Below, in pieces: positions 29,586 to 37,769 of a stretch of 40,783 nucleotides of DNA (position 1 is its first letter; each line of letters opens with the position of its first letter). Position numbers and translations under genes: made by a program. The stretch lies in contig JBOGXS010000050.1 in assembly GCA_050693815.1 (NCBI GenBank), positions 1 through 40,783 on the forward strand, read 5' to 3'. Source of the stretch: Thermoleophilaceae bacterium (lineage in GTDB: Bacteria; Actinomycetota; Thermoleophilia; Solirubrobacterales; Thermoleophilaceae). The notes under the pieces were generated by a model, which ran no database searches, was not told the DNA's origin, and worked only from the letters and a program-made list of their open reading frames with translations.

Positions 29586-29780
29586 CTAGCTGTCCTCCTT
29601 GCAGTTGCTGGGAGGCTCCACAGGCATCCCCTCACGGTCGTAGGCGCGAAGAACGTCCGCGCCGCCGATGACGGGGTATCCGTGGGCGATCAGCCTCTCG
29701 ATCGCTCTCACGGCCTGTGGGGTGCAATAGCGGCGCAGGACGTTGCCGCTTCGGTCTTCGACCTCGATCCACTCGATCAC
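29586..29780 (-). CDS. hypothetical protein (64 aa)
   Basis: GTG at 29780 in a GTGA overlap with the resolvase-like gene (MIEWIEVEDRSGNVLRRYCTPQAVRAIERLIAHGYPV...). Confidence 0.45.
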   Translation of the reverse strand: MIEWIEVEDRSGNVLRRYCTPQAVRAIERLIAHGYPVIGGADVLRAYDREGMPVEPPSNCKEDS

Positions 29781-30082
29781 GTCGGCCAGTCCTCTGCGGG
29801 CAGCCAGATCGGCCCACACTTGAGTCCGGGGGGCCACCAGGCCATCAGGGGCTCGGCGCCGAAGGCGTCGGCGGTCTGCGTGAGCGCCTGACGAGCCAGG
29901 GGGCCGAAGGTCGAGCGCCACGGCAGGTCGCCGGTGCCCTTGGTCTCCACCAGGAGCGGAGAGTGGACAGGGTGGATGGCGAGGTGGTCGCCGGCTCCCC
30001 CCTCGTGGCGGCGAGAGGCGACGAGGTAGCCCGCTGCGCGAAGCACCGAGGCTACCCTGCGTTCACGTTCGAGGCCATTCAA
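29777..30082 (-). CDS. PD-(D/E)XK nuclease, Holliday-junction-resolvase-like (101 aa)
   Basis: TTG start. GLERERRVASVLRAAGYLV...GAGDHLAIHP...LLVETKG fits the E...D...E-x-K pattern of Hjc/RecU-like resolvases. Confidence 0.55.
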   Translation of the reverse strand: MNGLERERRVASVLRAAGYLVASRRHEGGAGDHLAIHPVHSPLLVETKGTGDLPWRSTFGPLARQALTQTADAFGAEPLMAWWPPGLKCGPIWLPAEDWPT

Positions 30083-30084
30083 CC

Positions 30085-30156
30085 TCAGATGCGGTCGGCG
30101 ACGACGAGGATCAGCACGACCAGAAGAACGATCACAAGAATGCTGACGGCGTTCAT
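30085..30156 (-). CDS. 23-aa hydrophobic peptide (lysis-cassette associated)
   Basis: I translated it by hand as MNAVSILVIVLLVVLILVVADRI. The ATG at 30156 is 2 nt after the upstream TGA. Confidence 0.35.
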   Translation of the reverse strand: MNAVSILVIVLLVVLILVVADRI

Positions 30157-30158
30157 AT

Positions 30159-30374
30159 TCAGCCTTCTAGGGCATCGCGGTACAGGCCAACGGTCCAGGT
30201 CACGATCGTGGGCAGCAGGCCGATCACCGCGAACACGGCGACGACGAGACCGCCCGAGAGCTCGAAGCCGAACTCGGCCGCGATCGCAACGAGAGCGGCG
30301 ATGAAGGTGGTGAGTTCGGCGGGGTGGCGTTGGGGCAGGGTGGGGTGGTCTGCTTGATCGCCTTCGGCGGTCAC
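30159..30374 (-). CDS. holin-like two-TM protein (71 aa)
   Basis: GTG at 30374 in a GTGA overlap with the amidase stop. The hydrophobic segments are LTTFIAALVAIAAEFGF and GGLVVAVFAVIGLLPTIV. Confidence 0.5.
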   Translation of the reverse strand: MTAEGDQADHPTLPQRHPAELTTFIAALVAIAAEFGFELSGGLVVAVFAVIGLLPTIVTWTVGLYRDALEG

Positions 30375-31141
30375 TTGTGGCCTCCTTCGAGGTACATGGG
30401 CTTGTGGGTTGCGGGGCAGGCGTTCCACTCGTGTCCTGACCAGTCGTTGTGGCCGCGGCGCGGCAGGCCCGAGAGGCGCACCGGCGAGCGGTGTGCGGCG
30501 GGCATCGCGGCCGTGTGGGCGTTGTCGAGCAGCCAGCGAAGGCTTCGCTGCTGAGCGTCGGTCGGGCGGTCGCCGGTGGTCCCGTGGCACATCACCCCGA
30601 CGTTGTTGGAGTTGTGGTTGCCGACGTGCGCGCCCTTCTGCACGATCGGGCGCAGACAGAGGATCGCTCCCGAGCGGGCGAGGCAGTAGTGGTAGCCGAT
30701 CCCGCCCCAGCCCTGAGAGCGGTGGTAGTCGTCGTAGGAGCGGTTGAGGGCGATCGCGTGGTCGTCGGATTGATCGGTGGCCCCCGCCGTGTGGTGGCCG
30801 GTGACGTAGTGGGGGGTGCCCAGCCCGCCGAAGATCGCTGAGGGACGGATGGCCTGCATGGCGGCGGTGACGATCTTGGGCTTGCCCGACCCGCCTGGCG
30901 CGAGCTGCTTCTCGAGCCGGCGGACCTTGCGTTCGTAGGCCTCTTGGCGCTTCGCCCAGACCTTGCGCTTGGCGCTCTGAGCGGGCGAGTGGCGGCGGCG
31001 GCGCTTCGCCATCTTCGCCAACGCCTGCCAGCGGCGAAGGCGGCGGCGGGGCTTCGAGGGGCGCTTCGCCCAGCGCCAGAGGTCTCCTGACCTCTCCCGG
31101 CGGCGGAAGATTCTGTTGGCAATTCTCAAGAGGCGTTTCAT
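30371..31141 (-). CDS. N-acetylmuramoyl-L-alanine amidase (Amidase_2/PGRP-type endolysin) with a polycationic N-terminus (256 aa)
   Basis: Amidase_2 signatures are present: VTGHHTAG, GWGGIGYHYCL and GAHVGNHNSNNVGVMCHG. The first ~90 aa are about one-third R/K. Confidence 0.85.
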   Translation of the reverse strand: MKRLLRIANRIFRRRERSGDLWRWAKRPSKPRRRLRRWQALAKMAKRRRRHSPAQSAKRKVWAKRQEAYERKVRRLEKQLAPGGSGKPKIVTAAMQAIRPSAIFGGLGTPHYVTGHHTAGATDQSDDHAIALNRSYDDYHRSQGWGGIGYHYCLARSGAILCLRPIVQKGAHVGNHNSNNVGVMCHGTTGDRPTDAQQRSLRWLLDNAHTAAMPAAHRSPVRLSGLPRRGHNDWSGHEWNACPATHKPMYLEGGHK

Positions 31142-31185
31142 CCCCGGAGACGCAGAGTATCACCGCTACCCGTCAACTACCACTT

Positions 31186-31220
31186 GAACGACAAACGGCC
31201 GCCCCGTGAGGAGCGGCCGT
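31186..31220 (-). terminator. rho-independent terminator upstream of the amidase gene
   Basis: On the minus strand: ACGGCCGC-tcctcacggg-GCGGCCGT, followed by TTTGTCGTT. The stem spans plus-strand 31195-31202 and 31213-31220. Confidence 0.55.
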
Positions 31221-31249
31221 CAGAGGATGCGCTTGGATTGTCGGGGGGC

Positions 31250-31876
31250 TCAGCAGAGGAGCGGCGCGGTCAGCTCGCACACCGGGCCGAGCAGGGAGGG
31301 CTCGTCGGGGGGCGGCTGGCCGGGGTCCGACCCTCCGCCGCCTTGCCCTCCGTCTCCACCGTCCCCGGACGGATCGCCTCCGTCCGGGGAAGGGTCGGCG
31401 GAGATCGCCGGGGGTTCGCTTGGGGGATCGCTCGGCGCCGGAGCGCTGTCGCCGGTGCCGGACGGTGCTGTCGGGGCGGCGGGAGCGGTGGGGTCGCCGG
31501 AGGTCGGAGGGGCCGTGCCACGGTCGCGCGCCGGAGTCGGCTCGTCCTCGGTCTCGCCGGCCGTGATCCGCTGGGCGATCCGGCGCAGGATCTCCAGGCA
31601 TTCTCGGTCGCGGGCGCAGGCGGCGAGCGTCCGGGCGGCCCGGCGCTTGCACGCCTCCGAGCGCGAGCCGAGGCGAAGGCACGGCCCCTGCACGCGCTCC
31701 ACCCGCGTCACCCGCTGCTCGATCACCTGGCGCTCCGAGGCGCCCGTCTCCGCGCGGACGATCGCGTAGCCCGCCGCCGCGAAGGCGAGCGTCGCCATTC
31801 CGCCGAGCAGCATCGTGCCGCCGCGCGAAGTCGCGATCCAGCGCCCAAACCGGGTGTAGACGCGCTCTGCCATCAA
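31250..31876 (-). CDS. membrane-anchored protein with a P/G/D/S-rich C-terminus (208 aa)
   Basis: One N-terminal TM segment (MLLGGMATLAFAAAGYAIV) and a low-complexity tail ending in Cys. Confidence 0.45.
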   Translation of the reverse strand: MMAERVYTRFGRWIATSRGGTMLLGGMATLAFAAAGYAIVRAETGASERQVIEQRVTRVERVQGPCLRLGSRSEACKRRAARTLAACARDRECLEILRRIAQRITAGETEDEPTPARDRGTAPPTSGDPTAPAAPTAPSGTGDSAPAPSDPPSEPPAISADPSPDGGDPSGDGGDGGQGGGGSDPGQPPPDEPSLLGPVCELTAPLLC

Positions 31877-32136
31877 GCCGAGCCCGCCGTGATCAGCAGG
31901 GTGCCGATGATCCCCAGCGTCCCGGCGACCAGGGTGAGCGCCGTGGTGGCGAGCATCCGGTAGATCGCAGACATGCGGCGCTCCTGTTCGAGTTTGATTT
32001 CGTCCAGTCGGTCCTCGAGGCGCTCGATGCGCTCGGAGTTTCGTTCCTGGCGGCCGACCACGCCGCTTCGGCGGTCCCAGCCGAACAGCGCCGATTCGAC
32101 GTCTCCGAGGCGCTTGTCTTGACCCTCGGACATCAT
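31873..32136 (-). CDS. small protein with a C-terminal TM helix (87 aa)
   Basis: Coiled-coil N-terminus. The TM segment is MLATTALTLVAGTLGIIGTLLITAG. It is ATGA-coupled to the next gene. Confidence 0.45.
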   Translation of the reverse strand: MMSEGQDKRLGDVESALFGWDRRSGVVGRQERNSERIERLEDRLDEIKLEQERRMSAIYRMLATTALTLVAGTLGIIGTLLITAGSA

Positions 32137-32201
32137 CGAACTATGGTGAGGATCATGGACATCTTGATCTGGCTCCTGCTCTTGGGCTTGTTCGGGGTCG
32201 G

Positions 32202-35200
32202 CTAGTCGCCGAACACCTGCTCGAAGGCGCCGCCGGAGCGTGAGCGGGAGGAACGCCCTTCGCCGTTGAACACTTCCTCGAAGGCGCCGCTGCGCTCGCG
32301 TGAGCGCTCCCCGCCACCGAACACCTCGTCGTAGGCGCCAGCGCCGTCCTCCTTCTCCGCCGGCTCCTGGCCGAACTGCGCCGGGGTCACGAGGGAGAAG
32401 AACTCATCGATCGCCTGCTGGGTCGCGGGATCGTCTGCGAGCCCCTCCGCGCGGAGGATGCGCTGAAGCTCGTCGCTTGCCTCCTGAGCATCGCGTATCT
32501 GCGACGCGGCCCTTCGCCCCTGGCGCCGGCCGGTGCGCTTGGCGTCGGCGCCCGCCTCGACCGCGGGAACGATCTGCTCGCGGATGATCCCGGAGATCTC
32601 CGGCTTCTCCGAGGCGTCGAGCAGGCGGCCCAGCGCCGCCGACTGGCGCTCTCGACGCAGGTCGCGCACCACCACCGGGAGCGTTGATTCGGCGAGCGAG
32701 AGGTCTTGGTCTGCGATCTTGCGAAAAAGCTTTGCCACCGCGGAGTCCGAGCGCAGCCCGAGCTCGTCCTGATAAGCGCGGCTGATCGGCGAGAGGCCGA
32801 GGAGCTGGCGGGCGATCAACGTCGTCGCGGGCTCGGAGGTCGGCTCCCCGGTGAACGGGTCATAGCCGCCGACCGCCGCCAGAGCGGTGCCGATGGCGGG
32901 TTGCAGCGGACGGGCGAGGGTCGCGAGGTTCATGTCTCGCGAGCCGCCGCCAATCGCCTCGATGAGCGCGTTCGCGCCGGGGTTGAAGCGGGCGGTGTCG
33001 ATGGCCTTGATCGGCTCGCCTTCTTGACCCGAGTGGGTGACCGCGAGGCCGTACTTGGTGAACAGGCTCGGCGGGCCGCCGAGCAGCTCCTCCAGCTCCT
33101 GGGCGTTCTGCTGGGCGAGGTTCAACAAGATCATCGCCTTGATCGGATGACGGCGGGGCAGGCTGACGAAAGCCCAGCGAAGCGAGAAGCGAAGGAACGG
33201 GTAGAAGACGGTGACGGCGGCGAGGCCGCGCTCGCGCGAGGAGAGCGTCACCCAATCGCCGAGCGTGTCGCGTACGCCCCGAGCGATCTCCTCGGCTGCC
33301 TCGGGGTGGCGGGCGTAGTAGCTCACCTGCTCGGGGAAGGAGAGCTTGCGAAGGCGCTCGGTGTGCAGGGAGGTCTTTCGGTCCAGCCCGGCGAGGTCGG
33401 CGAGGAAGCTCTTCACGCGAGGCTGGCGAAGCGCCTTCTGATTCTCGACCAGGGCAGTCATCGTCCGCACCCATCCCTCGTACTCGCGGTTTGCCTTCAT
33501 CAGCGGCCCGCCGCGCTTCACCTGCTCGCCGACCGCGCGAAGCGCTCGTCCCGCCGGTGTCTTCTGCGCGACCTCGGCGGCGCGGGAGAAGTTGCGAACC
33601 GTGTCGGGCTCCAGCCCGGTCGCCGTCTGGCGGCGCATGAGCACGTCGGTCGAGGTGCCGCCGAAGTGGGCGCGAAAGGCGGCGCGGTGGGTGCGCGGCA
33701 CTTGGCGCCAGTCGGTCAGCACCTGCTTCGCGGCCCGCGCCCACAGGATCGGGTTCGGGTGGGCGACAAGGGCGGCGAAGGGGGAGGCGACCAGCTGGAA
33801 GGCAAACCAGGCGGGGGAGGTGGCGAGGATCAGGGCGGACTGGATGTGGCCGAGGACGCGCAGGCGGCGGACGGCGGTACGCGGCGGCGCCATCTGCGCC
33901 CCGATCTCGCGCAGGGCCTCCTCGGGCACGACGATGTACTTCTTGCCCTTCTCCTGCTTCGCGTCGTGAAGCTCCCGACGCATGGCGGCGATCCCCTCGT
34001 CGGTGGTCATCCCGGCGAGCTGCTCCCACTTGCCGCGTGCCAGCGTGCGCTCGAACTGCTGCACCGGCATCACCGTGTAACCGCGCGGGATCGCGCCGCC
34101 GCGTTCGAGCTTTCGCGCCTGCGGGCCGGTGAAGACCGTCTTCGAGTTGATCTTCAACCGCTCGCGGTTTGCGAAGTCGCGCCACATCCGCCGAAGCTCC
34201 ATCGCCCTGCGGGTGGCGTAGAGGTTGTGAAACAGCGCTGCGGCCGACTCGTCTATGCGCCCCTGCTCGGCGAGGACGCCCCGGCGGCGCTTGATCTTCG
34301 CCGGCACCTTGCCGCCGGGGAAGTCGCCGAGGACGTTGAGGCGGCCCTGGTCGGACACGTCGATCTCGCGGGCGAATGTCGGTTGGGTGACGGCGGGGTC
34401 GCGCTCGATCGCCTGCAGGGTCTCCTCGATGAAGGCCGCGTTGGCCCGCTCGTTGGTCGCGATCTGCTTGCGGCGGGTCGCCATCGCCTGCTGGCGCAGG
34501 TCTTGGGCTTCGGCGCGAAGGCCCTCCCCTTCGAGGCGGGTCGCCTCTCGCTCCAGTCCCTCTGCCTTGCGAAACACCTGCTGGCCCTCTCGGCGTGCCT
34601 CACGCTGGGCATTCTCCCGTGAGGCTGCGCGGGAGGCGCGAGAGAACGCCTCGGTGGCGGGCATCCCTCGGCCGCGCAGCTTGCGATAGCGCGTGCGCCG
34701 CGCCTGGCGCTCCTCGGGGAGCAGGATCTCCTTCTCGCGGGCGACGTGCATGAGCCGGGCGCGTTCGAGCTGGGGGTCCGGTCCCTTCGCCTCGGGGCCG
34801 AGGCGCTCGCGGTGAAGCTCCTCCGAGCGCCCGCGCTCGAGCTGGGCCAGCCCGGCGAGAGCCTCCCTGAGATCGGTGTCTGCGAGCACGTCGGGGTCGC
34901 GCTCGACCTTGCGAATCAGCGCGTCGAGGACGACCCTGGTGGCGAGGTCGTCGGGGTCGATCTCGGCCGTCGAGGCACGCAGGCCCGCTCGGTGCGCGCG
35001 CAGGCGCTTGAGCGTGCCCTCGGGGTCGTCGGGATTGTGCCCCCGGCGCATGAGGATCTGAAGCGTGTCCGCCAGGGAGACGTCGTCGGCGATCTTCTTT
35101 CGGCCCAGCTTGGCGATGGTCTTGTCGAGGCGTGCCTCTCGCATCTCGGCGGCGCCGACAGCGCGCTCTCGCTCTCCCGTCATCCCCACCTCCTCGGCCG

Positions 35201-36602
35201 TGCCCTTCCTCTCGCGGTGGCGGCGAAGCGCTGGGGCGGGCCTTTGCGTCTCGCGCTTCACCTTCGCCTTCGCCCGGCGGCGCTTGGCGGGGTCGGGGCT
35301 TTCGATGTCGCGGGCGGCGCGGGGGGCCTTCGGCGCCTTCGCGGCGCCCTTGAACGGCTTCGCGAACGCCAAGCCGGTGAGCCCGCCCGAGATCACCGGG
35401 ATCAGCCCAACGTCCTCCTGCACGGCCTTTGTGTCGCCCTCCGCGACCCGGGCGACGGTCTCCCAATAGTGCTTCTGGGCTTCGAGCTCCCCTTCCAGGG
35501 GTTCGAGGCTTCCCGTGCGCGCGGCGTCGACCACGTCCTTCGCCGTGCCGACCACACCCGCCGCGATCGACGGCAACACCCGCCCGGTGGTCTTGATCGT
35601 GCGAAGCGGCTTGCCCTCCTGCACGTCCTCCTTGATCGCTGTCGCGGTGGTGGCGCCGACGGCGGCGGCGGTGCCGGCGACGGCGGGAGCGCCGGCACCG
35701 ATCTGCGCGACGGTCTGCGCGCGGCGCACGCGGCGGTTGGAACGCCCCGCCCGTGAGTAGCGTGCCTTGGTCTCGGCCTTCGCGCGCCGGACCTTGACCT
35801 TCGCCTCCGCCTTGGAGCGGGGCACCTTGCGGGTGCGGCCCTCACGCTTGGCGCGAGCCTTCTTGGCGGCCTTTCGCCTCGGCCTCCCCTTCTGGCCCTT
35901 TGTGACCGGCTTCACCTTCTGGCCGGCGGAGCGCTTGGCGGCGCGGGCCTCTGTCTTCGCTACCCCGGTGGTCGCCTTGGCGGCCTTGGAGCCGCGGGTG
36001 ACGGCCTTGACCACGCGAAGCGGGGCGAGTGCCCTGCCCGTTGGCAGGATGCCCAAAGCAACCTGCGTGGCGGAGGGGTCCTCGGAGCCGTAGAGGGCCT
36101 TGCGGGCGGCGGCTGACGCCTCCTCGTCCACGAGGCCGACGACGCCGCCCGCCAGCAGGCGCTCGGCGAAGCTCGACTCGTCCTCGTCGGGAGGCTCGAT
36201 CTCCCCGCGCTCGATGCCCTTTCGCTTCTGGCGCTCGGCACGAACGCGAAACTGCTTCGCGGCGGGCTCTTCGAGGCGCTTGACGAGCGCCCGGCTCTGG
36301 CGCCGGTGCTTTCGCTCCCGAGCGCTTCGCTTCGCCTTGCGTGCCGCCTTCTTCTCCTTGGCGACGCCCTCGCCCCCGAGGATCGCGCGAGCTGAGGTCG
36401 AGGCGCGCTTCGCCGCGCGCTCTGCCTCTCGCTCTGCCTTCTTTGCCCGCTTGGCGGCGGCCTGCGCCTTTCTGACGCCCTCTCCCCCAAGCACCGCGTT
36501 CGGGGTCTGGACCTTCGGCTTCTTGCGCCGGACCTTCGGGCGCTTGGAGGTCTTGCGAACGTCCTTGCCTCCGAGGGTGGCTCGGGGGGTCGAGTAGGCC
36601 AT
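32202..36602 (-). CDS. giant internal virion / ejection protein (1466 aa)
   Basis: The longest ORF in the window. The first ~480 aa are hyper-basic. It has predicted TM-like segments (ALILATSPAWFAFQLVASPFAALV, GLAAVTVFYPFLRF) and motif triplets at both termini. Its position is analogous to the large core proteins of podoviruses. Confidence 0.6.
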   Translation of the reverse strand: MAYSTPRATLGGKDVRKTSKRPKVRRKKPKVQTPNAVLGGEGVRKAQAAAKRAKKAEREAERAAKRASTSARAILGGEGVAKEKKAARKAKRSARERKHRRQSRALVKRLEEPAAKQFRVRAERQKRKGIERGEIEPPDEDESSFAERLLAGGVVGLVDEEASAAARKALYGSEDPSATQVALGILPTGRALAPLRVVKAVTRGSKAAKATTGVAKTEARAAKRSAGQKVKPVTKGQKGRPRRKAAKKARAKREGRTRKVPRSKAEAKVKVRRAKAETKARYSRAGRSNRRVRRAQTVAQIGAGAPAVAGTAAAVGATTATAIKEDVQEGKPLRTIKTTGRVLPSIAAGVVGTAKDVVDAARTGSLEPLEGELEAQKHYWETVARVAEGDTKAVQEDVGLIPVISGGLTGLAFAKPFKGAAKAPKAPRAARDIESPDPAKRRRAKAKVKRETQRPAPALRRHRERKGTAEEVGMTGERERAVGAAEMREARLDKTIAKLGRKKIADDVSLADTLQILMRRGHNPDDPEGTLKRLRAHRAGLRASTAEIDPDDLATRVVLDALIRKVERDPDVLADTDLREALAGLAQLERGRSEELHRERLGPEAKGPDPQLERARLMHVAREKEILLPEERQARRTRYRKLRGRGMPATEAFSRASRAASRENAQREARREGQQVFRKAEGLEREATRLEGEGLRAEAQDLRQQAMATRRKQIATNERANAAFIEETLQAIERDPAVTQPTFAREIDVSDQGRLNVLGDFPGGKVPAKIKRRRGVLAEQGRIDESAAALFHNLYATRRAMELRRMWRDFANRERLKINSKTVFTGPQARKLERGGAIPRGYTVMPVQQFERTLARGKWEQLAGMTTDEGIAAMRRELHDAKQEKGKKYIVVPEEALREIGAQMAPPRTAVRRLRVLGHIQSALILATSPAWFAFQLVASPFAALVAHPNPILWARAAKQVLTDWRQVPRTHRAAFRAHFGGTSTDVLMRRQTATGLEPDTVRNFSRAAEVAQKTPAGRALRAVGEQVKRGGPLMKANREYEGWVRTMTALVENQKALRQPRVKSFLADLAGLDRKTSLHTERLRKLSFPEQVSYYARHPEAAEEIARGVRDTLGDWVTLSSRERGLAAVTVFYPFLRFSLRWAFVSLPRRHPIKAMILLNLAQQNAQELEELLGGPPSLFTKYGLAVTHSGQEGEPIKAIDTARFNPGANALIEAIGGGSRDMNLATLARPLQPAIGTALAAVGGYDPFTGEPTSEPATTLIARQLLGLSPISRAYQDELGLRSDSAVAKLFRKIADQDLSLAESTLPVVVRDLRRERQSAALGRLLDASEKPEISGIIREQIVPAVEAGADAKRTGRRQGRRAASQIRDAQEASDELQRILRAEGLADDPATQQAIDEFFSLVTPAQFGQEPAEKEDGAGAYDEVFGGGERSRERSGAFEEVFNGEGRSSRSRSGGAFEQVFGD

Positions 36603-36605
36603 CTG

Positions 36606-37769
36606 TCAATCGTTGAGCGCCGCGTTCGCGGTCACGTCCCGGCCGCCGCCTCCACCCCCGGCGGCACGGCGCACGGCGGCACGGGCGGCGGACGGGGAGA
36701 CGCCGCGGTTGATGAGGTAGTCGATCGCCTCTCGCTTGGAGCGATAGTCGCCCCTGTTCGCCTGTCGCAGATAGCCCAGCGCTCGACGGACCTCGCCCTT
36801 CGACGGTCCCCGTCCGCCCCTGCCCTGGCCCTGGCCTTGGCGCTGGGCGTAACGGCGTGAGCGGCGATCGTCGCGGCGCTCGTTGCGCGCGTGGCCGGCC
36901 GAGATCGCGGCCTGGCTGCGATGGGAGCGGCGCTGCTCGGCGGCCCGGTTTCGGGCGTGCAACTTGGCGACCTTGCGCTGACCCTTGAGCGAGCGCTTCT
37001 GCTCGCGCTTGGTGTTGAGGCCGTAGCGGCGGGCGAGCTTCAATTGAGTCTTGTCGCCTCGGGCATCGCCCGTGAGGGCCATCTGCTCCAACAGATACTG
37101 GCGCTCTGTGTCGCGGGCGCGGGTGCGGTAGTCGCGGCGGTAGTCGCGCTTCTCTCGCGCCAGGGCGCGCTTGTCCTTCTTGATCGTCCGGCTGCGAGCG
37201 TGCGAGCGCAGCAGCTGGTTGACCCGCTCGCCCTCTCCGACGCGGCCCTTGTCGATCAGGTAGGCGGCCTGCCCCGCGCCCTGGGTGGCGACGAGGCCGC
37301 CGAAGGTGTCGGATGCGGCGCGGCGAGAGCTCGAGCCCGCGGCCGACTTCTGAGACTGAGAGGGGTCGTAGGTGACCCCACGCGCCTTCGCGTCGGCGCG
37401 GGCCTCGGCGTCTGCCTTCGCCCGCGTGGCGGTGTCGGATGCGGTCGAGGAGGCGGTCAGGTCTCGGAGCGTCTTCTGCGCGTTCTCATACGCGCTCTGG
37501 GTGGCGCGGTTGGCGCCTTGGGTCGCCTCGCCATAAGCGTCGAAGTAGTCGGAGATGCGCTCGCGCTGGCCGCGCTCGGCGCGTGCCTCTCGGCGGATCG
37601 CCTGCTTCTCGGGGCGAAACTCCATTCGTTCCGCCGCCTTCATCTCACGCTTGAAGCGCTTGCGGGTCAGCGGCTTGGTGAAGTAGCCCTGGTCTCGCCG
37701 GCTGCGCCGGTTGCGAGTGCGGCTGGGCCTGCGGTTACGGCTGGGCTTTCGGCGGCGGTCTCGTGGCAT
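36606..37769 (-). CDS. hyper-basic internal virion protein candidate (387 aa)
   Basis: ORF-track entry. R/K-rich throughout (MPRDRRRKPSRNRRPSRTRNRRSRRD...). It abuts its neighbours. Confidence 0.5.
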   Translation of the reverse strand: MPRDRRRKPSRNRRPSRTRNRRSRRDQGYFTKPLTRKRFKREMKAAERMEFRPEKQAIRREARAERGQRERISDYFDAYGEATQGANRATQSAYENAQKTLRDLTASSTASDTATRAKADAEARADAKARGVTYDPSQSQKSAAGSSSRRAASDTFGGLVATQGAGQAAYLIDKGRVGEGERVNQLLRSHARSRTIKKDKRALAREKRDYRRDYRTRARDTERQYLLEQMALTGDARGDKTQLKLARRYGLNTKREQKRSLKGQRKVAKLHARNRAAEQRRSHRSQAAISAGHARNERRDDRRSRRYAQRQGQGQGRGGRGPSKGEVRRALGYLRQANRGDYRSKREAIDYLINRGVSPSAARAAVRRAAGGGGGGRDVTANAALND

